Origin: Setoptus koraiensis
Taxonomy: Eukaryota; Animalia; Arthropoda
Direction of reading: 5' to 3'
Length of the DNA: 64,000 nucleotides
Assembly (NCBI GenBank): GCA_048013815.1
Contig: CM106585.1
Coordinates: 12,338,001-12,402,000, forward strand
Shown here: piece after piece, positions 1-12,544 of the stretch
Position numbering within the stretch: position 1 is the first letter of the stretch
Layout of the letters: every line of letters begins with the position of its first letter
The notes under the pieces: generated by a model
The model's input: only the letters and a program-made list of their open reading frames with translations
Told to the model about the DNA's origin: nothing
Database searches by the model: none
Translations under genes and position numbers: made by a program

Positions 1-17
1 CCACGCGGACACTGGAC

Positions 18-39
18 TGTGTGTGTGTGTGTGTGTGTG
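18..39. repeat. (TG)n microsatellite, representative of many CA/TG tracts in the noncoding blocks
   Basis: Read directly; similar tracts at about 1369, 3849, 25313, 28729, 30861. Confidence 0.95.
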
Positions 40-1368
40 ACAGTGAGCTCAACAGTCGATGACTGGCCAGTTGTGCTTTCGACTATCCGTACAACTTGTA
101 GCTTTTAAGTGACGTGGCCGCAAATAGAGAGACAATAATAAATCAAGTATTGTATTGCACGATGATGCAATTGCCGGTGACAAACAGCAGCAGCAGCGGC
201 GTGCCGACGACGAGAATCTGTTTCCAATTTGTGCAAGGTTCGCTCTTGGGCATCGTCTTGGCGTTGGCTCGCAAAAGCAGTGGCGGCAGTTTGGGCAGCA
301 GATGTACCTGTTGTTTTGTCCACGATGACGAACAAGTGCGAGGCATGTTGCATTGAAAGATTGCAGAGAAAATAAGATGAAATAAAGTTGTTGTGTGCAT
401 GAGTCCCTCGATCGGCACTCACACACACATACACCGTGTATGATACCCGGCGTATGTATGGTACACCAAGTGGCGTCAAGTGGCAAGTCACAAGTGACAA
501 GTCAGAGTCGGTTGCAGAGTTGATTGATTTTGCGTAGTGGCGTTTAATTTGAAATTGATAACTACCCATGCGAGCACGGTAAAGCACCTTGCGAGTCGCC
601 AGGAGCCCCCGCTGATTGGTCAGCCGTGATTGTTGTTGTTAGCGGCAGAAGCAGCGTCGTTGCGTCATATACAAATGAAGCCACTTATAGGGAGCAGCAC
701 TACCGTTAGTGTTGAATCAACAGTGTTGATGTGTTTCCATTGTGCTCACGGACAAATTGCGAGCCGCTGGTAGCTGGGGGGCGCAGCAGCAACAACGACA
801 GCAGCGACGACAGCGACAACAACAACAACAACGACAGCGACAACAGCGACGACAACAGCAGCAGCCGCCCCACAACAATGGTTTACTGCTGCAAGTAGCG
901 ATGCATTGTGTGTGCGTGTGTGTGTGTGTGTACATGTGTGTGAGAGAACGATCCGACATGCGAGCGAGAGAGAGAGCCAGAGAGAGAAATAAAAAGAGAT
1001 TCACTAGCGAATTATCCGCCGTTGTAGGCTAGCTTGCCAGCGATAGCGACAGAGTGTAGGCCAGAGCTGCGGCTAGGCGTGCTCAGCTGTGCATCATCTG
1101 TGTGTGTGTGTTGTATCATCGCCGTTTGGAATTCATGTGAGTGTGTGTGTGTGTGTGTGCGTTTGTGTGTAACTGAGCCGTAATAATTTGATTCAATTTA
1201 ATCTGGAACTCCTGTAAATAAACGCCCGCCGTCGTATAAATGTCGGTATCAATGTGAGTGTGTGTGTGTGTCGAGCTCTATTGGCCGACCTGATTGCGCA
1301 ACAGAGAAAGAGCCGCATTCTTGCAAGCCGACAGAGCACAAGCGTGCTCTGTCGGCCTAGTGGCAACA

Positions 1369-1399
<31 letters not shown>

Positions 1400-1650
1400 C
1401 AACTCAATAGTCGTCAGCCGCTATTTAGCACCAGCGCTGGCTAGACGACGCTCGCAAGCGCATTGTCAGTCGACTATAGAGAGGTCTGTGGTGGTCGAGA
1501 CAGAGGGTGTAACAATCAAAATGCGAAACTTAGACTAAAATGTTCTAATTGACTTCTTGGATCGCACCATAGTGCGCTTGTACTCTATCGCTCGCTCTCG
1601 CCGTCTCAAAGCGCAATCTGTTACATAAGAGCCGATATTGTGTGCAGTGC

Positions 1651-1682
<32 letters not shown>

Positions 1683-2225
1683 TGTCGACGACGAGCGCTC
1701 TACTATGTCTGTCCGACAACTGGAGAAATGATCCCAAGACTGGCAAGACACACACTGGCGAGCGGCAATAAGGCGTCTTGCCAGTTGCATAGCACACTGA
1801 CTATTGACTGGCAAATTTGCCAGTGAACAGTCTAGTTACATGATACGAGAGAGAGAGAGAGAGACGAAACTATTGCACTAGGCCAACAACAAACTGTCTG
1901 CTAACAGTACATTGCCGATGGTGATGATGTGAGACGGTGGGCAAATTGAAACTAACTTTGCACCTGATATTGCCCCGACCACCGTAATGATGTTCGCCGC
2001 GATCATCGTGACGAGATTAGGCCAACCGAAGGGTCCGCTCTGGCGTGCACAATGCGCCCGACAGCCCGACAGCCAGACGCGGCCGCACACCCGGACAGCG
2101 GGCAAAAAATGTAATATAATTAGCCGAAACAATGAGTGTGTTCGAAATTGCAATAAACGCCGCCGTTCGGTCAGTCGCTCTCGTTAATCTCGCCTGTGGG
2201 CCGCCGATATCTTGTTGGTTGTCCT

Positions 2226-2297
2226 GTCGCTGGCCACACTATCGTCGCTGGCCACACTATTGTCGCTGGCCACAACACCGCCGGCCACGACATCGCT
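2226..2297. repeat. 18-bp minisatellite (GTCGCTGGCCACACTATY), two clean and two degenerate copies
   Basis: Read directly from sequence. Confidence 0.8.
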
Positions 2298-2930
2298 GGC
2301 AATATCGAGAACCTGTGACTTACAGGTGAGCGGTGCTCACAGGTAACAAGTCTGTTGTCATTGAGCATTCAATTCGGACATGCCCGCGTCGCCTGGCCAC
2401 CGCTGTTGGCGCCGCACGATGGAAGCCGCAATAAAACAGCGCAGCAACAGTGACAGCGCTCGCGACAGCAGCACAAACAGTTAACATTTGACGTCAGTCG
2501 GCCAACATGTGTGCCAAAGGTATTATTAATATTTCACAATTTCAACATGTGCCCGCTCGATCATTAACATGAATGACAAGAGTTCTTTTATAGTTCTTTG
2601 CCACTGCATATATGGCGCTGTTACGTGCGCTATGCCATCATGCCCACAACGGCGTGTGTGTCGTCTGATTATTATTAGTATAGTGCTTATGAGCACGCCA
2701 GCGAGGCGCTTCACAGTTTTAAACAATTGCCCATGTATCTCTGGCGATATTTGATATTTTGCGCTTGTACACACACCGCAGCGGCAGCAGCCCCACCTGT
2801 TTAAAATTCGGATCGCTCGCCAGCCCAAGACAATGGCCGTGTGAGAAAGCGAGACCGTGGGGACACACCAAACTTGAACGCAACTCCAGTGTTTTGTAGC
2901 GCAACGCCAAGCCCACACACACGCACACAC

Positions 2931-2990
2931 TATGAGTCTCATAGCATGAGTCTCATAGCATGAGTCTCATAGTATGAGTCTCATAGTATG
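2931..2990. repeat. 14-bp tandem repeat YATGAGTCTCATAG x4, each unit a near-perfect palindrome
   Basis: Units at 2931, 2945, 2959, 2973; ATGAG-T-CTCAT is self-complementary. Confidence 0.95.
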
Positions 2991-3249
2991 GGAGAGTGCG
3001 ACACTGGCACAGCGCGGGCAAGGTGAGCGCAGTCGGGATATTTCTTGTCCAACTTGATCGACAACTTCTTTTCGAATTTCGAACGCACAAAATTCGAATC
3101 GCATTTTTGTTTGTGTGCGTGCGTGTGCCAGCCACGGCAGCCTGTTTGTGTGTGTGTGTGCCACCGAGCGCATCCACATTCATGATACATCCGTGTACTT
3201 GCGAGCTGCCCTGCCACCGCTCTCCAGCAGCGAACCTTGCTTCTGTTGC

Positions 3250-3312
3250 GGCCAACACGGCCACTGTTACGGCCAACACGGCCACTGTTACGGCCGACAC
3301 GGCCACTGTTAC
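3250..3312. repeat. 21-bp tandem repeat GGCCAACACGGCCACTGTTAC x3 plus partial
   Basis: Units at 3250, 3271, 3292 (one substitution in the third). Confidence 0.93.
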
Positions 3313-3847
3313 GGCGGCCAACACTGCCGCGCCCATCTTCACCTATTGGTGGGTGCAATATTGTCGCCAGTGCGAGTCATTTGTACAATATTGACCAACC
3401 GCTGCCGCGTAACGAACGCCAACGTGCTCGTAACGTGTGTGTTTTTTCGGTTGCGGCAAATCAATTTCGCCGATCAATCGGCCCCACACGCTCGCCAACG
3501 CAACGCGCCCGCCGCCAGCACCAGCGAGCCCGATCGATTAACGAGTTTTTTTATAATTGACTGAGTGATGTGACACGGCGGGGGCCGCTTCCATTCGCTT
3601 CCCGTGCGCCGCCCGCCCGTCCAGACTCTTGACTCCAGACTCTGGAGTCCAGAGGCCATTTTAATTGATATATCAAGGGCTTGTGCTCCACACAAGCACA
3701 TGTTCGATTTGGGACCTGCACTTGCCGCGGTACATGTGCCGTGTTTACTGTGCACTTGTTCGTAGCCAGTGTGTGTGTGTGTGTTATGTAATAGGCTTAT
3801 GCCAACAACGTTGGCCAGCGTCGAGCCCGACGCACTGACACTGTGCA

Positions 3848-3880
<33 letters not shown>

Positions 3881-5064
3881 GCACCACCATATGCACAGCT
3901 TCGGTGGTGTGCGAAAAGCAAAACGCACCAACCAGCGACAATGTAACTGTGCTCGCCATCGCGCGCCAATGCACAGCTTTGTGCGCTCGCAATGGCTTTT
4001 CCTCTTTTTTATACACACACTCTTTTTTGTACACACACACACACATTTGTTATGAATGCGCTGTGGAAGGCACACATATACATGCGATTACGTGTGCAAT
4101 TTGACAACTTGATTGGTTTGCCCTGCTGGTGCCACACTGACGCAAGTCACCACCAAACAAGCAAACTCTCTTGCACACTGTGTGTAAGTTACACAGCCAA
4201 TGTGCAGAATGTACAAAAGCCCCGCTCCAAACAATCCAGCCAGTGCTGTTGTTGGCTGCTCCCACTGACTGCCACTATCCATAGCACACACGCACACACA
4301 AGCACACAGATGTACCTTGTCTGTCTGCCTTTCATTGCATGAAATGTTGTTGCGGAAGAAATCCGCGAGGGCGGCGCTGCTGTGCTTGCTTAAAGCTCGC
4401 TCAAACCAAGCCAGTTGGCAATTATACAATTGGATTATGTGCGCTAAAAAACCACTTGTGCTCTCATATGCTCTACATGTTGCGCTGAAGCGCGCAATCA
4501 TAAAAGAAGTAACATTTAAAGAAAACACTGCACACTTTGCAATGCATTCTAGAGCGCTGCAAGCGCACCTAGCGGATTTATTTCGCATTGATATTTCAAA
4601 CATTGTAAAGCGATCACACAGTACAACTGAACACAACACATTCGTTCCGAGGGATAACTCTCAGCAGCAGTAGCAGCAGCAGCAGCTCGACATTAACATT
4701 CACACGAACATACACACACACCAAATGATATAGAGAGTCGAGCAGACAAACAGACAAACAGACAGACAAAGATAGCCTATCTTTTAGATAGGGCAGCGTC
4801 GACATCAAGAAAAGAAAACATTTAGAGGCCAACATTGTGTTGTATTGTATTGTCCCAATACGCTCTAATATACCATGTAATATTACTATTATTATTATAT
4901 TATTATTTTGAAAAAACAAAAAAATATCACCACCATCAATATTATTACTATTATTATTGAATATACACCACCATAATTGCTATTCATCATCAATAGCATC
5001 ATCACCATTATTTACTTATTATATTTCCATGTTCGAATATATGCATATTGTTTAAGTGTATATT

Positions 5065-5162
5065 CGAACTAACGAACGAACTAACGAACGAACGAACGAA
5101 CTAACGAACGAACGAACGAACGAACTAACTAAAGAACTAACGAACGAACGAACGAACGAACT
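5065..5162. repeat. (AACG/AACT)n tetranucleotide microsatellite
   Basis: Read directly from sequence. Confidence 0.95.
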
Positions 5163-5442
5163 AGAGAATCAACCAATCAACAAACCGACTTACGAACAAC
5201 AGAAAGGATACAAATAGATAAATAGATAGATGCACACACTTACACACCTCATATTATTAAAAATCGAGACTCAATTTTCTATCATCATTAAATATATTGC
5301 ATATATATCAAAAATATATGAATATATCGGTATATAGTTAGCAACAAAACACACACACATACACACACACTATGTCGTGTATGTAAGTGTTACAATTCTC
5401 ATTGCACCATCAGATCATCCTGTTATATATATATATATATTG

Positions 5443-5520
5443 TATATTTATGTATACATAAAAACATACATATATATTTATATATATATATATATTTATG
5501 TATACATAAAAACATACATA
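5443..5520. repeat. 30-bp direct repeat x2 within a TA-rich tract, each copy containing the 16-bp palindrome TTTATGTATACATAAA
   Basis: Copies at 5443..5472 and 5491..5520. Confidence 0.9.
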
Positions 5521-5575
5521 AATATATATATATATTGTTATACATAGAGATAAATAGATAGATCTTCATCAATAT

Positions 5576-8500
5576 ATGGCTGTTAGCTCAACTGGACAAG
5601 CACCCTCATGGGCTGCAGCCGCAACCAAGTCAACCTCCTTGGCTCCCACTTTAGTTAGTAATGCATTCGAGTCATGCAATGGATTCTTCAATGGCTCCAA
5701 TAATTCTGCCGCCGTCAGCGCCATAGAATCATGGGCTACCTCAGCTGCTCAAAGCAATAATAAAACAGCACAGTCCATGGTGGGGTCATCATCATCAAAA
5801 TCATGGATTACATCTGACAATAATAGCAGTAATGGTGGCGGATCAATTCAAAATGGTAATAGCCGCATAACAACAGCTAAACAGCAGCAACAACGCAATG
5901 ACAATGGCGCTGGTTGTGTTGGTGGAAATTTTGATGATGGTACAGCTATTTGGGGCAGTCCAAGTGCTAAAAAGTCTGGCGTTGATTGGGATAGCTCAGG
6001 ACAACCGATAATGAAAGCTTCTCCCTTGATACACAATAATCATGATTTAGTCAGTCAAAATTTAGCCGATAATAATTTCAAAGAGGCCGATAATCGTTCA
6101 AGTCATGGTTTAAAGCAAATACTTTCATTTAATAATAGTAGTAATGATGATGCTGAAATTAGTCAGGAACAACAACAAAAACAACAAAATTCAACAATTA
6201 ATAATTTAAAGGGCATGCAATCTAATCAATTAGTCACAAACTCTTCAATAGACAATGGCACAGGTGCTTGGGGTTCGCTTTCAATGATGGAAAAAATTCC
6301 CTCTCCAACAAACAACATAGACAAAAGTCGTCTAGACTCTGATTCATCTCTACTAGTTAACAATACAAACTCTGGCTGGGGCGACGATCAACTATTATCA
6401 TCATCCAGACCAACAGTGCCAATCTCGCAACAAAATTCATTGTGGGACACATCATCCAAAAAAGTTGCTCATGCTGTTCAAAACAACTCTTCATTCTATT
6501 TCAATCATAATACTAATAATGCTTTTGGTGACAGCATAACTGACCAAAACTCTCTTACTATGCTGAACAATATTGGTAAATCAAATACCAAGAATAATAA
6601 TATAATCTATGCGAACAAAAATCTTGCTAAATTAGCAGATATTGGATTTAAAGATGTTGATATTCGAGCTGCATTGATTAACGCTGGAATTTTTCATCAA
6701 CCTCTTACCCAATCTACATTGCAGTTGTTGAACGAATTGTTTAACCAAGATAGTCTCCTAAGAGAGATGCAAAGTCAAGCCTCTCAGCATTTAAACAAGC
6801 CTGGAAATGACACATCACCCACTATCGCTATCATAAGCAAAATTCGTAAAAATATGCAAACAATTGTCAATCAGCTTATCACTCAGCATGTCATGTATAC
6901 AAAACAAGCTAACCCACAGAGTAACAAGCCTTTCATAAGTGGACTAAATCTTGGTATTCAAGGCTCATCAAGTCTTGGTGGGAATAGTAGCCAAATCCTG
7001 CCAGGCATGTCTTCATCTTGTGATAATTCTAGTACTAAAATAGTGCCCGATTCTCAAACAAATGCTACAGCCAAAGCTTTAGATGGTTTTAACAGTGGAC
7101 TTTCTGAACTCTCATCTTTATCCAAGAATAGTCTCAACATGAATTGTGCTAGTTCAACTTCTTCAAACTTGAGTAACGGATCTCGAATGAACTGCATTGT
7201 TCCTAACCAGGTGCCTAGTGGTTCATGGGTCGCTGCTGCAACAAAATCACCTCCTTCAAGTAACGGAAACTTCGAGTACGGTGGCAATATGGGGTCATGG
7301 TCTTCAGTGAAAAGTCAAAGCACAAATAAATCCAATGCTAAATGGGACTCAAATGATACAGTTAGACGAAACGAAAACGGCTTTGACGATGGCACAGCCA
7401 TATGGGGTAATCCTAGCGCTAACAAGTCTGGAATAGATTGGGCTGAGGCAAATTCAGCCGACAGCGCAAATAATGGCCGCCGAGCAGCCTCAAAAGATAC
7501 TAACACAGCGAATTTTTCGATACAGAATGCATCAACTTCCCATGGTTCTTCAAGTTGGGGTCAACCTTTCAGCACCAAGCCCTTGAATTTCGGTGCTGGT
7601 TGGGACGAAGAAAGTGCCTCAACCACTACTAATAACAGGGTGGCAAGTCCCCCAGATCCTATCTGGCCATCTTCTGATAAATCTCACATCAAGAACACAG
7701 ATTGGCCCATTAGTGATACTCATAAGGGTCTAGGTTCTGGTTGTCTTGATGACTCTAGTCTCCACTCACGGAAATCTTTATCTAAAAATTTAATCCAAGG
7801 TACTAAACAATTTCATATCTTAACTGAAATGGGCTTCGAAGAAGAAGAAGTCGAAACCGCTTTACGCTCAAGGAACATGAATCTAGAGAATGCTATAGGT
7901 TAGTGTTGATTTGTTTAATCTAACACTCAATTCCCTAGCCCCAGATTATCACCATCACTCAATATCTAATCGACTATTTATCTCCTATCCACAGAGGATC
8001 TAAGAAATGGAACCGACTGTGCAAATAATGGAAATGACAATGATTCTATCGTATCTACCAAGGTTAGTCATAAAGGATCTGTTCTATTTAATGCTAGTAT
8101 TAGTATTGATTTATGAAAGTCATCGATTACTGACAACTTTTTTGCTCATGTTTTTTTCGCCAGGCACCCGCCATAGGTAACTCATATCAGTCATCTAGTC
8201 GTATTGTGTCTCCATCTGCTAGTCCTGACAAGAATGCAAGTAATCAACAACTATCAAGTCGATCACCATATATGTCGCAAAATCAGTCAAATGTAAGTTC
8301 TATTTTATTCTACCACTTTATTCTCAAAACATTGACATATCTGAGTTGATTATCAGAAGTCTTATTATCTTTGAATCAGTTCGACACAAATGGCCAAGCT
8401 TCAAATAATACACTTGGAGGTCAAGCTTCGCAAAGAACTTCTGGTATGTCATCCAACGTTCCATCCACCGCACAATTGAAGCACATGGTTCAACAGATCC

Positions 8501-10441
8501 AGCTTGCTGTGCAGGCCGGACATCTCAATGCTCAGGTATGTTTCGATGATTGGTTGTAAATCGCCACATTAAAGCCTGATGATATATTTGAATTAACTTT
8601 TTCATGTCTGATTTGCTCCCATGGTTAGATATTAAATCAGCCACTCGCTCCAGTCACATTGCAGCTCTTATATCAATTGCTTCAGCAAATAAGAGCTCTT
8701 CATCAATTGCAGATTCATACCAACCAACAGTTTGGAAAAACCGGGTGTCATCCTCCTGCATCTATAAACGTTCAAATTACCAAAACCAAGCAAACCATAT
8801 TGAATCTGCAAAACCAGATAGCTGCTCAACAGGCTCTATTTTTGAAACAGAACCAACAAGCACAGCAACCAAATCAACCCAGCGGTATTGCTAGCATCGG
8901 TTTCTCAAACTCTCTCAAAGATAATGGAGAGCCCTTAGTATCTGTCAACGATACCTTCAGGGCTGATGCACAAGTGCCAACATCAAACTCACTTGATAGC
9001 TTTGGTATGAATGGAGATTTGAATCAGAACGACTCTTGGCGTTCCAGCCGAGTGCCATTCAATTTAGGCAAAAGTTCCATTAGCTCGGATAAGAACATGA
9101 CCTCATTAATGGGTGGCGATCTCACTGGTGAATTTGCTAGAGCACCTGGACCATCCGCACTAGCCTCATCAAAGGGAGAATTTACTCTGGCCCGGCCCTC
9201 TGCTTGGTCTAGTTTTGGCATGGATCCAGAATCAGTTTGGCCAAACACTTCTGGGATTTCATCCTCGAGGACATCTCAACGTAAGAAGAAATTCAATTTT
9301 TTCTTTATCATGACTGTTACACCTCGAATCTATTAATAACCTGATCTATTATTTCTTTCCTTAAACAGAACCTAATGTCACTTTCGATCTGGTGCCAGAA
9401 TTCGAGCCGGGTAAACCATGGCGAGGTAACATGTTGATGAAAAATGTTGAAAGCGACCCCACCATGACACCTAGCAGCCTTGCAAGGTCTATGACGCAGC
9501 AACAGCAAAAAGATGAGGCAGATGATTCTTCTAATCTATTTAGCTGCTGGCCAATCAGTTCTTCTTCAACCAAGACAAGCCCAACGGCTGCTGTGACAAC
9601 ATCTAAATCTCCTAACAATATCTCCGAACAATTTGGCGGCCTGTCACTACAGTCAAATCCATGGAAGTATTCATCTACCTCTCCTCCGTCTGTGAGTGGC
9701 AACCAATCCTCAACCAGTGTTGTTAGCAACTCTGACAATGATGTCAGTGGAAGCTGTGGTGATATGATTACAAGACAAAATAATTCAAGTGATGTCAACG
9801 CGTCAAATATCAAGCGCAATAGCCTATCCTCAATAACCTTGTCAACTTCAGCCTCAAATGACTCCTCACTAGCGAAACTCGTTCAAGGGAATAGCAATCG
9901 CCAACAATCTGCTTATAGCTGGGTCAATTTAGCTTCGCCTTCAATGAATAACATTGAACAAAAAAGAGGTATAGATCCACGACTAGGGAAGATCTCCGGT
10001 CGACCAGCGCCTCCACCTGGCCTACCTTCGGCAATCGGCTCTGTATTTGATCGCTCTGATGATCTTGATAATAGCTCAAACGAAGATAATGGCTCAAGTG
10101 TTTGGGCTACAAACGCCTCAGCCATAAACGGTTGGGAAAGTATACCAAAGCAGCAAGTTGGATCCCAATGGTTGTTATTACGTAATTTAACTCTTCAGTC
10201 TGATGGGAGTACTATCAAATCTTTATGCTCTCAAAATGGTCCAATGCAGTTATTCCACTTATATCTCAATCAAGGATTTGCTTTAGTTCGCTATTCAACT
10301 CGGGAAGAGGCTGACAAAGCGAGATCGTCATTGAACAATTGTATCATCAATGGCACGACCATAATCGCTGATACTCCGTCTGACCAGGAAGTTCAACACT
10401 ATTTGCAGTTGGGAACTAGTGGCCAACAAAACAACTGGTAA
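5576..10441 (+). CDS. TNRC6: GW182/TNRC6 (gawky) miRNA-silencing scaffold; join(5576..7898,7995..8062,8164..8292,8380..8535,8629..9280,9369..10441), 1466 aa
   Basis: GW/WG repeats with Ago-hook motifs (DDGTAIWG twice, DNGTGAWG), UBA (LTEMGFEEEEVETALRSRNMNLENAIEDL), M domain (ILNQPLAPVTLQLLYQLLQQI), PAM2 (VPEFEPGKPWRG), P-GL motif (PPPGL), C-terminal RRM (WLLLRNLTLQSDGSTIKSLCSQNGP...GFALVRY). All five introns are GT-AG and exon phases sum to a multiple of 3. Confidence 0.95.
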
Positions 10442-12544
10442 CATAACTTGTGATATTTCAGATATATCACCTACCAAGATATTCTTATCACCATAGCTAC
10501 AATTTTACAAATATCTCTTGAATATCAGACTCGACATGAATATAAATATATATATATATATATGATATTTGTCATGTCGTACTTTTCATCGACTACTTGA
10601 AAACATCCAACCACAATCACGATTACCTGTCCTTTCGACTTGAACTCCATAGCAGCTCGATGTGAGAGAAGCGCTCTACCTGAAGGATTTAACAGTTCTA
10701 AGTGATATCATTATTCTATATCGTCGACCGTCAAAATTGTTGATAAATGATACATTATGATTAGACGACTGCCATATCACGATGTGACGCATTATTATAT
10801 ATGGAAACAAAACAAAAAAAAAAGAAGAGGAAAAAATCTGTTATGTTTTTAACATCTCAAAACTGTGTAATAGCTTCCAGGCTGAGTACCGCCCATGCCT
10901 AGATGTTATTGAATTACCTGAACTTAAAACCAAGCCAAGGAATTAGTTTCTAGTAAGGGGAAATTTAACGAATATTGAGAAAACTAAGAGACAATCGAAC
11001 CACTATTTAGAGGTCTCAATGTGGACAAGATGTAATCATTAACTCGAAGCCTCTAAAATATATCGAGTTCGGGCGCATAAATTCATTTCTTATCAAGCTG
11101 AATATACTGATTTGCAGATCGATTCTTCCAATGTCAATGTTTTTCTATCTCCTTCCTTAAGCCACACTGATTCAATATGCTCGGCATTTCTCACTGAACA
11201 TGGCCCCCAAACAATCAATAAGCTACAGTGGGCTGAATCTCGTGGCGGAGAAAAAGTATCTTATGTTAGTTTTTTTTTTTGATCATCTAGATGAAAGACT
11301 TCTCTATCAACGACCATTATTCCAAGCAAAATAGACATACCAACAACATGCTAAGCAAAACTTCATCCTCATCTCTGTATGTGATCGCTAGCATACTGGT
11401 CCCAAAGTCATCTTATACTGTTGCACAAGTAAAAATCAAATACAGGATAATGCGAACACACAAACAACGAAAAAGGCAATGTCTTAGTATAATTTTGTTT
11501 TCTTGTTGACAGAACTAAAGCTCTTTGTATACAGTGGTGGGTAGGGGGGGGGGATGAATTTTCGGGTGTGTATCGAGAAGAGTGCATTGCTAGCAATGTC
11601 TTTACGGTCGGTTGTGTTTTGGCTCTTTGATACATTTTGGTGTTATTTTAGTTTTCTACTCGCTCCAAGAATCATGCCCACCACTTACTCATTACGAATA
11701 ATCCACAGGGCGATTGGTGCAATTTGTGTCCTCTTGGACCAACTGACAATCCTCTGGTTGTGAGCTAGAGAGGGAGAAACAGAGGGAGAGTTGAGCATGA
11801 ATTCAATAGTGTTACTGGAGCAGGCAAGCCGATGCAAAGCTCGTGACACACTCGCGTGAGCTCGTTCAAACGTAAATCGAAAACACTTCCTGAACGATGT
11901 TGTTGTTGTTGTTGTTGTTGTTGCTGCTGCTGTCTCAGACAACTTGTCTGGAGCGTTAAGGAAATTTCGAACGAGAATGAAGGCCATGAAGTGGAAAGAA
12001 GCGGCTTTTCTCATAGAGATGTTGTTGTGAGATGCGCAAATGCACAAAACATGTGTTATCTGTTTGCGCGAGCACCTGTAATGCTTCTCGACCATTGGCG
12101 ACTAATGGTTTGTTTGTTTGTTTGTACGTGTGCGTGCAAAGCGTTCAATTCTGTCCAAGACGTTGACTGGGCCGCCAATGGTGCCAAAGAGACAGATTGG
12201 CTTTGTTGTTGGCAGTTTCAGTATATCGTCATTGTTAGTTAGCTGGAATTTGGACTTCCACGGAATTTATTGTTAGATAGCGTTGGATGGAAATGCAAAC
12301 TTTGTGTGTATATCGGTAGCGCCACTGCACAAACAAACAAATATGTTGGATCTGTCATGACACTTGTCGGTTTATCGCGCATTCTTGAGGACAGATAAGA
12401 TAGCTAGCAAGATAAAAACATTGGCCGCTCGGATGTGGATTGCAGACAGAAGCAGGGATCAGTGAATTAGCAGCATTGTTGCATTATTATCGGTATTATC
12501 GGTATTATTGGTATAGCATTGTCAGGTATTGGTTTATTGTCAGG

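Noticed and set aside
49-587. Overlapping minus-strand ORFs at the window start
   Set aside because: No recognisable domain or coherent splice model; could be UTR of a gene outside the window.
1779-1816. Hairpin containing TTGCATAG (miR-153-like seed)
   Set aside because: The stem is about 14 bp and the rest does not match miR-153. No complete conserved arthropod miRNA was recognised in the window, though the scan was by eye.
2996-3564. Repeat peptides ANTATVT (antifreeze- or mucin-like) and GQHGHCY (metal-binding-like)
   Set aside because: Both come from the same 21-bp minisatellite in different frames; no signal peptide, and the periodicity does not match type I antifreeze proteins.
717-4919. 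Many 60-190 aa ORFs with CVCVCV, THTHTH or poly-C/Q runs (also across 24-36 kb, 42.7-44 kb, 50-53 kb)
   Set aside because: They are translations of (CA)n and (CAG/CAA)n microsatellites, overlap in several frames, and show no family signal.
12256-12265. TTCCACGGAA as a STAT autoregulatory site upstream of the dome-like gene
   Set aside because: A single N4-spaced site is expected by chance.
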